A stretch of DNA of 64,000 nucleotides from a virus (IMGVR_UViG_3300023174_000077:32001-96000); one strand, 5' to 3'; counted from the first letter of the stretch, positions 19,261 to 30,436 are shown. Translations and numbers: made by a program. The notes: generated by a model not told the origin, from the sequence alone.

Positions 19261-21378
19261 ATGGATACAAATACACCTATTATAAATAGTCAACCAAGTG
19301 CCTATCAAAAGGAAGTAGCTTCAAATCTCGGTAATATACCATTTGTGTATTATAATGGCATACAAATAGATGTAAATAATATACAGAATTTTAGATTATA
19401 TTATAAATCTGGATTACCTTATCTTTCGATTATATTTTATGATACACTTAATTTGATGAAAGATAAAGCTATGCCGCTTGATGATTCTAAAATTAAAGTA
19501 TTTATTAATCCAAAATCTACTCAATTAAAAGAAATTTTAATACAATTTAAAATAACCAGTTTTGATGTTAATGGTAGTGTTTATTTAATAACTGGTGTAT
19601 TAGATGTTGATTTATTACAAGTTAGTGTATATAAATCCTATTCTAATATGACATCGCACAAAGCACTTCAAACTATAGCACAAGAATGTGGTTTAGGTTT
19701 TAATACAAATATAGACGACACTGACGATAAAATGACTTGGATTAATCCTGGAAATCATGTATTCAATTTTATTGACGAAATAGTTGAAACGGCATATAGA
19801 TCTGACACAGCTTTTCTTTCATATTACATTGATTATTACTATAACTTAAACTTTGTGGATGTAGCAAAGGAGTTGGATAGAAATGTTGATAATCAAGTTG
19901 GTGTATCAGATAAATCTTTAGACGAAGCATTTAACACTGGTGGTGAAGAACGGTTAACAACATTATTATTTAGTAATGATTATTCAATGTCTGAAACAAA
20001 TAATTATTTCAATTCATATAGGATAATTAATAATTCAACTTTAGTTTCTTTGAATTCAGGTTATAAAAATATTATAAAGTATTATGATGAATTAGAAAAA
20101 GATTTTTTAATTTTTAATGTAGATTCGATAACATCGCAAACCCCTGGTAAAATAATTTTAAAAGGGCAACCACAAGATGATAATTTTTTTCAATTAAATA
20201 CAAACACTTATTATTTAGGTAAATTTGATTCGGACAATGTGCATAAAAACTACAATTACGCTATACTTCAAAATGATAAAAATCTTTTTGATTTACAAAA
20301 AATAGTTTTAGAAATCAATCTTAGCAATCCAAATTATGCAGTTTATAAATACCAAAAAGTAAAATTATTTATATCAAACCAAGTTAGCACACCATCTGCT
20401 GATTTGACTAATAACCGTTTAAGTGGAGATTGGTTAATAATAGATATTGAATATAATTATGAAAATAAAAGTTATAGTCAAAAAATTAAATTGATAAAAC
20501 GTGAACTTGAGTTATCACCAGAAGAATTAAATGCGGAACCACAAATTAATTTACAAACTCATACTGGTGAAAATACTACAAATCCAGAAGTTCCTGTAAA
20601 TAATAATCAATTATTGCCGCCTGGTCCAAATGAAACCGCTTCTAATGGCACAGCTTCTAATATTGATTCGATTTTAACAAAAAATATATGGAGATTAATT
20701 TATCAGGGAAGAGTTAAGCCAGCAATAATAGAAACTATGTATGGTCCAATTGTTAGCGCAATGGAACAATATGATATAAATACACCTAATAGAATAATTT
20801 CTTTTTTGTCACAAATTAATATAGAAACTGGATGGTTAAAATATGTGACAGAATTAGGAGATGGTTCGCAATATAACAATAATCAAAATTTAGGAAACGG
20901 CCCAAATGATGGTATAACATATAAAGGTAGAGGTTTGATACAATTAACTGGTAAAAAAAATTATAAAAAAGCGGGTGAATACTTAAATAAAAATTTGGTT
21001 AAGTATCCTACTACTGTTGCGGCGGATAAAGATACACATATAAAAGCAGCAGATACACAAGAACAATTAAGTAATTCAGCTTTAGTTAGTATTATTTACT
21101 GGTTAAAAATGTCTTCTTGGGGTGATTTAAATAAATATGCTGATTCTTTGAATGTTAAAAAAACATTAAGTTCAAATGGAACAAATCCACCTAATTCTCA
21201 AAAAGAAGCTTCTTCTTTAGGATATAAGCGAGAAAAAAGTAATAATTTTGCTACAAAAGTAAATGGTGATAGTAATTTATTAAACTTTACTTTAATTTGT
21301 TTCGGAGTAAATGGTGGTTATAATGGATACTCTGAAAGAATATCCGAATATAATAGAATAAGAAACTTTTTTGTTTAA
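19261..21378 (+). CDS. baseplate hub-like protein with C-terminal GH19 chitinase/lysozyme domain
   Basis: N-terminal hub-like region (LSGDWLIIDI); C-terminal FLSQINIETG, YKGRGLIQLTGKKNY, VNGGYNG..ER. Confidence 0.75.
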   Translation: MDTNTPIINSQPSAYQKEVASNLGNIPFVYYNGIQIDVNNIQNFRLYYKSGLPYLSIIFYDTLNLMKDKAMPLDDSKIKVFINPKSTQLKEILIQFKITSFDVNGSVYLITGVLDVDLLQVSVYKSYSNMTSHKALQTIAQECGLGFNTNIDDTDDKMTWINPGNHVFNFIDEIVETAYRSDTAFLSYYIDYYYNLNFVDVAKELDRNVDNQVGVSDKSLDEAFNTGGEERLTTLLFSNDYSMSETNNYFNSYRIINNSTLVSLNSGYKNIIKYYDELEKDFLIFNVDSITSQTPGKIILKGQPQDDNFFQLNTNTYYLGKFDSDNVHKNYNYAILQNDKNLFDLQKIVLEINLSNPNYAVYKYQKVKLFISNQVSTPSADLTNNRLSGDWLIIDIEYNYENKSYSQKIKLIKRELELSPEELNAEPQINLQTHTGENTTNPEVPVNNNQLLPPGPNETASNGTASNIDSILTKNIWRLIYQGRVKPAIIETMYGPIVSAMEQYDINTPNRIISFLSQINIETGWLKYVTELGDGSQYNNNQNLGNGPNDGITYKGRGLIQLTGKKNYKKAGEYLNKNLVKYPTTVAADKDTHIKAADTQEQLSNSALVSIIYWLKMSSWGDLNKYADSLNVKKTLSSNGTNPPNSQKEASSLGYKREKSNNFATKVNGDSNLLNFTLICFGVNGGYNGYSERISEYNRIRNFFV

Positions 21379-21409
21379 TTAGAACTTATTACTTATTAAT
21401 ATATAATTT

Positions 21410-23089
21410 ATGGCACAAGCATTCGAAAATCATAATAAACCACTTGATTTAATTTTAGGTGGAGATGATGGTCTTTTTAGTAATTTAGATGGTTATATAT
21501 CTGAAAATATGAAAAATGGAGCATTAAGTATATCAAATGCTATTAAAGATGACTATTCGTTGAGAGATAACCTTGAAGAATGGTTATTTAGACATTATTT
21601 AGAAGATTTAGGGATAACATATCCTTATGGTTATTTATCGAGTGATATTAATAAAACACCAGTTGAAAATGAAGATCCAATATCATTTGGTTATGATATT
21701 ATTATTGATTATACAAATTCGCCATTATTTAATGGATCAATTGAAAATTTTTGTCAAAATTTTACAGCTATAACAGAATTAAATTCGAGAATTGGTGTAA
21801 TTAAAGAATTTAAAAAACAATTTTTTAAATTCTTTAAAATTGATTCACCATCAAGTTTAGGAGATTCTCCTGATAAATATAGTAATATTGCTAGAAGTCA
21901 ACAAAGGGTTAGAAGTTATTATTTGAAAAAATTATCTGGACTTGATTCTTTAACTGAAAAAATTAATTCAGATACTGCAAAACAATTTGTAGATTATGGT
22001 AAAGATTATCTAACTTTAACTCTAAATGAAGATATTTCTGTTAGTATGGGTTATTTAGCATCTTTATATAAAATGTTAAGTTGGTCAAGATTAAATGGTA
22101 AAAATATGTTTCCGGAAAATCTTTTAAGATTTGATATGACTATTGTAGTAACAGAGGCGAGAAAATATAATAGAGTTTCATATACAACTGGAAAAAGTGT
22201 TGAATATACCGATATTATTTCAAGATATGTTTATCGTGTTTATGAATGTCAAATGTTTTTTGAAACTTTATCACACGGTGATACAATTGATATGACGAAA
22301 TTGGATATTTCAGAAGGGTTTGATATGAAAATAAATTATAAATATGCTACAATGGAATTTGATTGGTTGCGTAATTTTGATTTAGTAAATCAAAAAGTAT
22401 CAACTTTATATAATTCTAAATTAGCCATATTAAATAATGCATTAGCAGATTTTACAAAAATTCCTTCAAGTTTAACTGGAATCTCTGTGATAACAGATAA
22501 CAAAATTGAAACTTTTACCGATACACAAGACTTAAATAAAGTTCCAAATAGTGTAAATGTTGGTGATTCTACTATATTTGGTTATTATCATTCTGATTCT
22601 GGTTGGAGAGATACCGCAAGAAGTTCAACTGAAACATGGCAAGATGATAAAAACACATTAAAGTATCAATTATTAAATAAAACTTTAGAAAATATTAAAA
22701 ATAATTTTAATTTAAATGCTGGGACAATCGTATCTGGGTTTATGGATAATGGTGAGTGGATTTATAATATAGATGCTTATTCACAAAATGATTCTGAAAA
22801 TTTTGGTGATTCTATTTTATCTAATTTAATTAATTCTTTTATTGGTTCTATAAATTCTGGATTTACTGAAGATGGATGGTCATATAATCGAACTGCTTAT
22901 TATGTTAATAGAACTTTTAATTCTTTAAACAATAGTATATCAAGAGCATTAGGTATGAATTTTCAATTAAATACAACAAGAAGTGGTAGTTATCAAATGG
23001 GTTTAACAAATGACGGAATACAAATAGATTCGGTTGATTGGCTTAATTCACGATTAGCACATAATGTGACATCACATCCAAGAAGATAA
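21410..23089 (+). CDS. putative baseplate/tail structural protein
   Basis: 559 aa, late promoter, between hub and spike genes. Confidence 0.5.
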   Translation: MAQAFENHNKPLDLILGGDDGLFSNLDGYISENMKNGALSISNAIKDDYSLRDNLEEWLFRHYLEDLGITYPYGYLSSDINKTPVENEDPISFGYDIIIDYTNSPLFNGSIENFCQNFTAITELNSRIGVIKEFKKQFFKFFKIDSPSSLGDSPDKYSNIARSQQRVRSYYLKKLSGLDSLTEKINSDTAKQFVDYGKDYLTLTLNEDISVSMGYLASLYKMLSWSRLNGKNMFPENLLRFDMTIVVTEARKYNRVSYTTGKSVEYTDIISRYVYRVYECQMFFETLSHGDTIDMTKLDISEGFDMKINYKYATMEFDWLRNFDLVNQKVSTLYNSKLAILNNALADFTKIPSSLTGISVITDNKIETFTDTQDLNKVPNSVNVGDSTIFGYYHSDSGWRDTARSSTETWQDDKNTLKYQLLNKTLENIKNNFNLNAGTIVSGFMDNGEWIYNIDAYSQNDSENFGDSILSNLINSFIGSINSGFTEDGWSYNRTAYYVNRTFNSLNNSISRALGMNFQLNTTRSGSYQMGLTNDGIQIDSVDWLNSRLAHNVTSHPRR

Positions 23090-23097
23090 ATTAATTT

Positions 23098-24567
23098 ATG
23101 ATAGAAAGAATTGGTGATAAATTATATGTAGGTGTAGTAGAAGATAATAGTGATCCAAAACATCTTGGTAGAGTCAAAGTAAGGGTTCAAGCAATTTTTG
23201 ATAATATACCTACTGCTGACATACCTTGGGCTATGCCTTATAAAGATGTTAACGGTAATTCATTTAATACACCAGAAAAAGGTAAAGTAGTTGGTGTAGT
23301 GTTTAACAGTGGAACAATTTACAAACCTGAATATATTTATGCGGAACATTACAATATAAATCTTGAAAAAAAATTAAGTTCTTTATCAGATGATGATTAT
23401 TTAAGTTTCAAAGCAGTTTTATTTGATGGACCAACTCAAATATGGAGAACAAAAACAGATGGATTAAAAATTGATCATGAATTTTCGAATATAAATATCG
23501 ATGCTAATGCTAATATAAATTTAAATGCAAGAGATAATAATTCAAAAATTAATTTAGGTTCCAATGATGCAGCAGAGGCTGCAGTATTGGGTTCAAGTTT
23601 TTTTGGTTGGCTTGATAGAGTTATTGAGCTTATGAGTAGCAACACCGCTTTTATTGCAAATGGTTCTCCTGTTGCAAGTTCTCCTGCTTTAATTGATTTG
23701 TTAGTTGAATACAAATCATCAAAAGAACAAAAGTTTTTAAGTGATAATGTTTGGCTTAATAAAAATGGTGAAGTAATTGCACAACAAAGAGATTATATAA
23801 ATCAAATAGGAGATAGTTGGAAATCTACTGTTGAAACTAACAATTTATCTAGCATAGGTGATGCACCATATACACCACAAGAAAGGGATGAAACTGGACG
23901 ACCAATTAATAAAGATAGTTCATTACCGAATGATACTTTTGAACAAACCATAACTTCAGAAGCTTCTGGCGCATCTACAATTACTGGTATGGAAGGATTT
24001 ACTAATGGACAAATTCCTATTAATAATATGAAATTAAATAAAAATCTTTCTAAAAATTTAGATGGAGATGCTGCTTATTTAATGGCTGCTGCTTCTGATT
24101 CATTAGATGCTATGATAGCAGCATTTAATGCTTCTTCATTTAATGGAAAACAAAAATTGATTTTTACCGATGGTTATAGAAGCTTGAAAAGACAACAAGC
24201 ACTTTTTAATAAATATGGTTCTGGTAGAGCAGCTAAACCAGGAACTTCTAATCATGGTTGGGGCATTGCGATTGATATGTTTTGGGGTGTTAAAACAGGT
24301 ATGTATAAAGATACCAGTAAAAGACCTTCTGGGTATAAACATCCTAATTATGTTTGGTTTTTAAATAATGGATGGAAGTATGGTTGGATAAATCCTGCTA
24401 AATTAAGAGATAATTCTGGAACTGATGAATGGTGGCATTGGGAATATCATCCAGAGTATAAGGGAAAGAATCCTTTAGTAGATTCTCCAATAAACACGGC
24501 TTATCAGGGTAATTTTACTGCTGCTGATATAGCAAATATAAAAAATGCAGGAGGAACATTTACATAA
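23098..24567 (+). CDS. gp5-like baseplate spike (OB-fold) with M15 (VanY-like) peptidase
   Basis: YVGVVEDNSDPKHLGRVKVRV...IPWA; GYRS...Q, PGTSNHGWGIAID, EWWHWEY. Confidence 0.85.
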   Translation: MIERIGDKLYVGVVEDNSDPKHLGRVKVRVQAIFDNIPTADIPWAMPYKDVNGNSFNTPEKGKVVGVVFNSGTIYKPEYIYAEHYNINLEKKLSSLSDDDYLSFKAVLFDGPTQIWRTKTDGLKIDHEFSNINIDANANINLNARDNNSKINLGSNDAAEAAVLGSSFFGWLDRVIELMSSNTAFIANGSPVASSPALIDLLVEYKSSKEQKFLSDNVWLNKNGEVIAQQRDYINQIGDSWKSTVETNNLSSIGDAPYTPQERDETGRPINKDSSLPNDTFEQTITSEASGASTITGMEGFTNGQIPINNMKLNKNLSKNLDGDAAYLMAAASDSLDAMIAAFNASSFNGKQKLIFTDGYRSLKRQQALFNKYGSGRAAKPGTSNHGWGIAIDMFWGVKTGMYKDTSKRPSGYKHPNYVWFLNNGWKYGWINPAKLRDNSGTDEWWHWEYHPEYKGKNPLVDSPINTAYQGNFTAADIANIKNAGGTFT

Positions 24568-24592
24568 GATATATAAATAAACTTTAATAATT

Positions 24593-25924
24593 ATGGGTGA
24601 ATTACAAGATAAAGTTAAATTGTCTGACGAAAAAATTAATCAAATTTTAGAAATTTTAGCACAAGATCAAATTATTAATATGTTTGATGAAGAAGCTATT
24701 GGTTTATTGAAATTTATTGAATTAAATATGCTTACTCATCGTCAAATAGTTAAAAAGATTTTTTCATATAACCCACAATTAACAGATAGAGTTTTAAATT
24801 TAATGTTATGGGGACAAGATTTGGAAGAAATTCAAGGTTCAAATTACAAAGCATATTGGAGCGAAACAGAAGATTTTGTTAATTTTAACACTGATTTCCC
24901 ACCAATGGATATAAGAGGAATTGTAAAAGAGAAAGTTCATGATTTAATAATTGAAATTAGAAAAGAAATTAGAACAATAGAAAGTGGCATTATTCAATTA
25001 ATTGATAAATTACCAAAAGCAGTCACCGAAGCTATTACTGGCATTTCTGCAGTTGTTATTCCACAAGGACAAATGCCTCCAGCACCAATGGTAGGAACAA
25101 ATCCTTTGGCCGCTTCTCAAATCTCATTAAAATTACATAATACATCACATGTATTAAATAATGTTATTAAAAGTATTTTAGATGCAACTAGAGTTTTGAC
25201 ATCTGCTAATAAATTAACAATTGGTGTATCTGGAAATGCAGTAGCTCCAATTGCTTTTCCAAAAATAGTTCAACCAGCTATAAATGGAGCACCCGCTATA
25301 AGTATACCGGAATTTATAACTATACCACCTATACCAAAATTACATTTATTGTTACCTGATGAAGTATTGATCACATTATATGATAAATTGATTAATCCTA
25401 TATTAGATTTAACTGTTAAATTAGCTGAAATTGTTGTTGGTTTGGATACCGCTGCTTTAGCATTAGATGCGATTGCATTAGGTCCAGCAAATGCTATTTT
25501 ATTAGGATTACAAAATACATTAAAAAAACAATTATTTGTTTTAGCATCTACTGCTTTAAATGCAGTTAAAACAGCAGTTCCTGCTGGTGGCTCATTTGGT
25601 GCTTCGATTAATGATGCAAATGCTTCAGCAACTGCAATGAAACAAGCACAAGATCAATATAATAAAAATTTAGAAGAATATAAAAAGCAAAATACACAGG
25701 ATTCCGAAAACCAATATGTTCAAGATTATCAATCAAAAAATGGAAATTCAATATTTGACATAACGAATGCTAAAAAAGCATGGAATAGTTATATAATTGG
25801 ATTGTATGATAAACTGAAACTTGATATTGATAATATAAATAACGCAAGCAAAAAATTGCCTGGTGGTGAAAATTCTAAAATGGATTATTCTTTGATTCCT
25901 CAACCATATTTGGTATCTCTATAA
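24593..25924 (+). CDS. hypothetical protein, probably virion-associated
   Basis: 443 aa, hydrophobic Pro/Ala-rich core, follows the spike gene. Confidence 0.5.
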   Translation: MGELQDKVKLSDEKINQILEILAQDQIINMFDEEAIGLLKFIELNMLTHRQIVKKIFSYNPQLTDRVLNLMLWGQDLEEIQGSNYKAYWSETEDFVNFNTDFPPMDIRGIVKEKVHDLIIEIRKEIRTIESGIIQLIDKLPKAVTEAITGISAVVIPQGQMPPAPMVGTNPLAASQISLKLHNTSHVLNNVIKSILDATRVLTSANKLTIGVSGNAVAPIAFPKIVQPAINGAPAISIPEFITIPPIPKLHLLLPDEVLITLYDKLINPILDLTVKLAEIVVGLDTAALALDAIALGPANAILLGLQNTLKKQLFVLASTALNAVKTAVPAGGSFGASINDANASATAMKQAQDQYNKNLEEYKKQNTQDSENQYVQDYQSKNGNSIFDITNAKKAWNSYIIGLYDKLKLDIDNINNASKKLPGGENSKMDYSLIPQPYLVSL

Positions 25925-27493
25925 ATTAATTTTTATTATTTTATATGGATATTTTCTTTTAACATAAAATGTTTCTCTTTCTAAAAATTGTTTAAAGAAT
26001 ATATTTTTTGGATCTTTTTCAAAAACATCAACTAAATCAAAAACATTAGCAGTATTTTTACCACTAAATAATCTTAATATACGACCGATAGATTGTATAA
26101 TAATTTGTTCAGACTTAAATGAATCTGCAAAAACCACATTAAAAAGATTTTTAATTGATACACCTGTTGATAAAGTTCCATAAGATGCTATAAGTATTCT
26201 TACTTTACCATCATTTAATTCCATTTGTTTTTTGATTTCTTCTCTTTGTTTTGTTCCAATTTCACCATCAATATAATAAAATTCTTTATCGCTAATATCT
26301 TTTTGTAATTTTTCTAAAATTTTTTGACCATATTCAATAGTATGAAATAATACCAAAGTATTATTGGTGCATTTTTCAACTATTTTTTTAATAAAATCTA
26401 ATCTTTTATCAGAAACATGTATATATTCTTTTTCAATCAAGTATGCTGCTTGCCCAGCTCCTTGTTTTTTGACATAATTTATTTTATCATTAAATTCTTT
26501 ATCATTATGATTCAAAATTAATACTTTTATATCCATAGGAGTAATAATTCCCTTTTCAATTAAAGTTTTTGCTTCTACATTTGAAATTATAGGTCCCAAA
26601 ACAGATTGTATATAAAGTATTTCCATTGTTTCTTCAGTTGGAAATGTTCCAGATACACCATAACGATTATATGCAAAGCCAAATGTTTTTGATAAAATTG
26701 TTTTTAATGATTTTGCCTTACAAGTATGTGCCTCATCACATGCTACTGTATGAAATTGCTCAAAAAATTCCTTTGGATAATTTACTAATGATTGATATGT
26801 GCCGATACAAATATTAGGATTTTCAGAATTAGAATGTTTTCGTGGTCTATCAGACATAATTTCTTCAATATTTAATTGCAGAGGATTAAGATTTCCACCA
26901 TCTAATTCTTTATTTCCACCAATGTTGTAATCAATAATGTCATCAAAAAATTGTGTTACGAGTGATATAGATGGAACAATTAAAAGCATTTTTGCATCTG
27001 GATTGATATGTAAAAGTGTATAAAAAAATACAATTGATATAATTAATGATTTGCCACCAGAGGTTGCTACTTCGGCTAAACAATAACGATTTTTTAAAAT
27101 TTTAAAAGCAGTTTCTATTTGATGATCATAAGGCATAAAAGGAACCCATTGTCCATCTTTTTTAACTTTATGATTTTTAAAAAAATCTTTACAAAATGCT
27201 TGCACTTGCTCTAATGTAACATTTCTATTAATTGGGAAATCTTCTTTATTGGTGATTGTAAATTTAGTATCAATAATTTGGCATGCTTTTAAGCATTCTC
27301 TCCAAAGTCCTAAATTAATTTTCCCATTATGGAAAACAGTATCTTTTCCGTTCCAATATCCCGCTTTAAAAGCAGGAGTGAAGCGGTAGCCTTTAGGGTT
27401 ACGAGTTAACCATATTTCTAATTGGTGATATTCTGTTCGTGTTGCTTGTGAAACAATAAACTTTTCGGTTTGAGGATCGTATGTAAGTTCCAT
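25919..27493 (-). CDS. uvsW: UvsW-like SF2 DNA helicase
   Basis: ATSGGKS, DEAH, SGT, STGVSIKNL, QSIGRILR. Confidence 0.9.
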   Translation of the reverse strand: MELTYDPQTEKFIVSQATRTEYHQLEIWLTRNPKGYRFTPAFKAGYWNGKDTVFHNGKINLGLWRECLKACQIIDTKFTITNKEDFPINRNVTLEQVQAFCKDFFKNHKVKKDGQWVPFMPYDHQIETAFKILKNRYCLAEVATSGGKSLIISIVFFYTLLHINPDAKMLLIVPSISLVTQFFDDIIDYNIGGNKELDGGNLNPLQLNIEEIMSDRPRKHSNSENPNICIGTYQSLVNYPKEFFEQFHTVACDEAHTCKAKSLKTILSKTFGFAYNRYGVSGTFPTEETMEILYIQSVLGPIISNVEAKTLIEKGIITPMDIKVLILNHNDKEFNDKINYVKKQGAGQAAYLIEKEYIHVSDKRLDFIKKIVEKCTNNTLVLFHTIEYGQKILEKLQKDISDKEFYYIDGEIGTKQREEIKKQMELNDGKVRILIASYGTLSTGVSIKNLFNVVFADSFKSEQIIIQSIGRILRLFSGKNTANVFDLVDVFEKDPKNIFFKQFLERETFYVKRKYPYKIIKINL

Positions 27494-27536
27494 AAAAGTT
27501 ATATTAAAATAAATAAGAAGGTTTAATATATAGTGT

Positions 27537-28457
27537 ATGAAATATTTAAAGTATTTTGAATCAAAGGTAATACCTTTTAAAAAAATATATTCTGATTATA
27601 GAACTATAGATATAGAAAATTTGAAACCATTGAAGGATTCTGATACAATTATAGTATATCATGGATTTTATAGTTTATCTGATGCTAAAATTGCATTAAC
27701 ACAAGGTTTATCAGGACAAGATATTGCTAAAAGAGTTTATAGTTATGAATCTGGTAATAATAAAAAAGGGCTATTTGTCTCAATTGATTTCAATGTGGTT
27801 AAAAGACGATTTTCATCTTCTGGTATAATAATTGAATTTGCAGCAAAAGTTGCTGATTTAGAAGCACCAATATGGGTGGAGGGTAGATATTATACACAAG
27901 GAGAATATACCAAATCATTTACTGATTGGAATCATGAAACTGGAACTTCAAAACAGAGAGAAGAACAAAGATTAAAACAAAGAAAGCAATTAGCAAATAG
28001 CGAGTATGATTTTATAAGATTAAGCGATAGACCTGAATTGGCCGAATCTTTATATTTAAATTCTGAAAATCAAGCACTTTTTGTTGGGAATTTAAATCCA
28101 AATATGATTAAAGCGGTATGGTATAATTCAAAAGAAAAATATAATGACCCTTGGAAAAGATTTACAACCAAGGAATTTACAAAAAAATTTAGTTTGAAAA
28201 AGGATAAATACAAATATCCACACCGTCAATATTTACCAAATGATGAATTCACAATTGAAGATTTTAAAAGAAGAGTTTTTAAATTCTCAAAAACACCACA
28301 AGAAGCTGAAGAAATGTTCCAAAACTATTTGGAACATTATTTAAACGATAAGTACGCTAATAGATATGAATTGAGACAAATGGGATTTTTTCCAAAACAA
28401 ATTGCTGAAATTTTGCGTTTAAGAGATACTAATGATTTTGACAAATGGATTAAATAA
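27537..28457 (+). CDS. putative internal head protein, ADP-ribosyltransferase-like
   Basis: MKYLKYFES N-terminus; VYHG...GLFVS...ENQALF resembles ART core strands. Confidence 0.45.
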   Translation: MKYLKYFESKVIPFKKIYSDYRTIDIENLKPLKDSDTIIVYHGFYSLSDAKIALTQGLSGQDIAKRVYSYESGNNKKGLFVSIDFNVVKRRFSSSGIIIEFAAKVADLEAPIWVEGRYYTQGEYTKSFTDWNHETGTSKQREEQRLKQRKQLANSEYDFIRLSDRPELAESLYLNSENQALFVGNLNPNMIKAVWYNSKEKYNDPWKRFTTKEFTKKFSLKKDKYKYPHRQYLPNDEFTIEDFKRRVFKFSKTPQEAEEMFQNYLEHYLNDKYANRYELRQMGFFPKQIAEILRLRDTNDFDKWIK

Positions 28458-28467
28458 ACTCATCTAA

Positions 28468-29346
28468 TTAGATGAGTTTATTTTTATTTAAGAAACCATA
28501 TTTTTTAAATAATTTATATGTTAATATTTTATACCACGGCAAATCACTAACAAAATTAATATTAAGCTTATCATAAGCATATTTAGCATTTTCCGAACAA
28601 TTGTCTATTTTACCAGACCATTTTATAACTTCCTGATTGATGTTGATATTTGATTCGACTAAGAATACCCCATTTCCATTTAATTCTGCTGAACGTCCTA
28701 CTAATATAGTATTATCAGATTGATTGGTATTGACGAAAACTTTAAAATTATTTAATGTGCCTACCTGAAATATTTTTTGTTCAAGTTGGAAGGTGTCACT
28801 GACTCTGCTTAGTGTTGTGTAACAAAAATTTGCCGAATCTTGAATTATTGGTAAAAATTTTGGACTTATTACTATAAATGTTGCAGCTCCAAGACGAGAA
28901 TTTACAGCTATAAGATTTGAAAGAATTGTAATTCTTGTTATTAAGCTTCTAAATTCTGTTGCATCATCTTTATTTGTATCATTTATTAAAATATCGGCAT
29001 CTCCTTTAATCCATTTTGTAAATTTAGTCCAAATGTTAGTTTGTTCTGTTCGTGTATTTTTATATGATTTATCATTTTTATCTGCTAATTCTACATATTT
29101 ATCATATAATTGTTGTGATAAATTATTAATTAAAATTGATTTACTAGATTTAACAAAAGTATATTGCTCACATTTAAAAGTTTTTTTATTAATACCTAAA
29201 CTAATAGTTGAATAAGAAGTAGTTTCATCTTTTGTGATTGATTGATCAATATAACTGATTTGAAATTCCGGTTTATCTGTTTTATAAATAGCTGCTGTAT
29301 TTAAAAATGACGAATTTAGATAATTTGTTTCATTATTTTTATTCAT
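28468..29346 (-). CDS. degenerate major-capsid (gp23/gp24)-like paralog
   Basis: SNLIAVNSRLGAATFIVISP...VGTLNNFKVFVN...ILVG resembles gp23 IARQTGRGxGNFII...AGVLGGxYxVYID...TVG. Confidence 0.6.
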   Translation of the reverse strand: MNKNNETNYLNSSFLNTAAIYKTDKPEFQISYIDQSITKDETTSYSTISLGINKKTFKCEQYTFVKSSKSILINNLSQQLYDKYVELADKNDKSYKNTRTEQTNIWTKFTKWIKGDADILINDTNKDDATEFRSLITRITILSNLIAVNSRLGAATFIVISPKFLPIIQDSANFCYTTLSRVSDTFQLEQKIFQVGTLNNFKVFVNTNQSDNTILVGRSAELNGNGVFLVESNININQEVIKWSGKIDNCSENAKYAYDKLNINFVSDLPWYKILTYKLFKKYGFLNKNKLI

Positions 29347-29353
29347 TTTATAT

Positions 29354-30013
29354 TTATTTTTTTCGTGGTTTAATTATTTCATCGATAATACCATATAATT
29401 TAGCTTCGGAAGAAGTCATCCAATAATCTCTATCAGAATCTTTTTCAACTTTTTCAAATTTTTGTCCAGTATTTTCAGAAATAATTTCATATAATTCTTT
29501 TTTAAGAGAATTTATTTCTTTTGCATCAATTTCTATATCTGATGCCTGAGCGTATCCAGTATATCCAATCGGTTGATGTATCATTGTTCTCGCTCTTTTT
29601 AATGATTTTCTTTTTCCTTTTGTTCCCGCACATAATATAACAGCTGCCATTGACGCTGCTAATCCAGTATTTATTGTTATTACGTCTGGACGTATAAATT
29701 CCATTGTATCTAATATACCAAGTCCATCATATACAGAACCACCTGGTGAATTAATATACATTTTTATATCTTTTTTATGATCCAATTGTTCTAAATAAAG
29801 TAATTGGTTTTTAATTAATTCGGATGTATAATTATCAATTTCGTCATTGAGAAATACAATTCTATCATTAAGTAATTTGGTATAAATATCTAACATAAAT
29901 CCTTTTTCATTATCAATAATAAAATGGGAATTATTGTGAATTGTTTGTCTAATGACACTTTCAGGAACTTTTGAATAAAGAAATTTTTGATAATCTGATG
30001 CTAATTTTTTCAT
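29354..30013 (-). CDS. clpP: ATP-dependent Clp protease proteolytic subunit
   Basis: YINSPGGSV, AASMAA (Ser), MIHQP (His), DRDYWM (Asp). Confidence 0.95.
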   Translation of the reverse strand: MKKLASDYQKFLYSKVPESVIRQTIHNNSHFIIDNEKGFMLDIYTKLLNDRIVFLNDEIDNYTSELIKNQLLYLEQLDHKKDIKMYINSPGGSVYDGLGILDTMEFIRPDVITINTGLAASMAAVILCAGTKGKRKSLKRARTMIHQPIGYTGYAQASDIEIDAKEINSLKKELYEIISENTGQKFEKVEKDSDRDYWMTSSEAKLYGIIDEIIKPRKK

Positions 30014-30087
30014 AAGAGTTATATATAAGAATTGCGAAAAGATTAAAATCCAAAATTATTTTTTAATATATAAAAGAAAAAATTAAT

Positions 30088-30387
30088 ATGAAATTAACAT
30101 TTGATATGCATGGTTATACAATCGTTATTGAAGAAACGGAAGAAAATTTAATTAGAGTTTCTGCAACAAAAGACGATGAAGTAGTTGAAGAATTTGAACT
30201 TGAAGGTGGTGAAGATCATCCCGATATGGAAGACGAATCTTTACCAGAAGTAGGTGAAGAAGAAGGCGAAGAAATTGAGGGTGAAACACCAGAAGGAGAT
30301 TTCGAAGAAACAGAAGAAGTAAATCCAGAAGAAAAACTTGGCGAGTCTAAATTATACAATTTTGCTGCTTTTTTAAATAGAAAATAA
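30088..30387 (+). CDS. acidic hypothetical protein, possibly head scaffold/internal
   Basis: Glu-rich, late promoter, C-terminal ESKLYNFAAFLN. Confidence 0.55.
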   Translation: MKLTFDMHGYTIVIEETEENLIRVSATKDDEVVEEFELEGGEDHPDMEDESLPEVGEEEGEEIEGETPEGDFEETEEVNPEEKLGESKLYNFAAFLNRK

Positions 30388-30407
30388 TTTTATTATCTTT
30401 AACTTAA

Positions 30408-30436
30408 AATACCTGCATGATTTCCGTGTAGGTATT
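30408..30436 (+). terminator. stem-loop
   Basis: AATACCTGCATG-N5-CGTGTAGGTATT. Confidence 0.55.

Noticed and set aside
19230-19270. Second bypass or readthrough between the two GH19-containing genes
   Set aside because: The 17-nt spacer has its own ATATATA motif and ATG and no hairpin, so independent expression is simpler.
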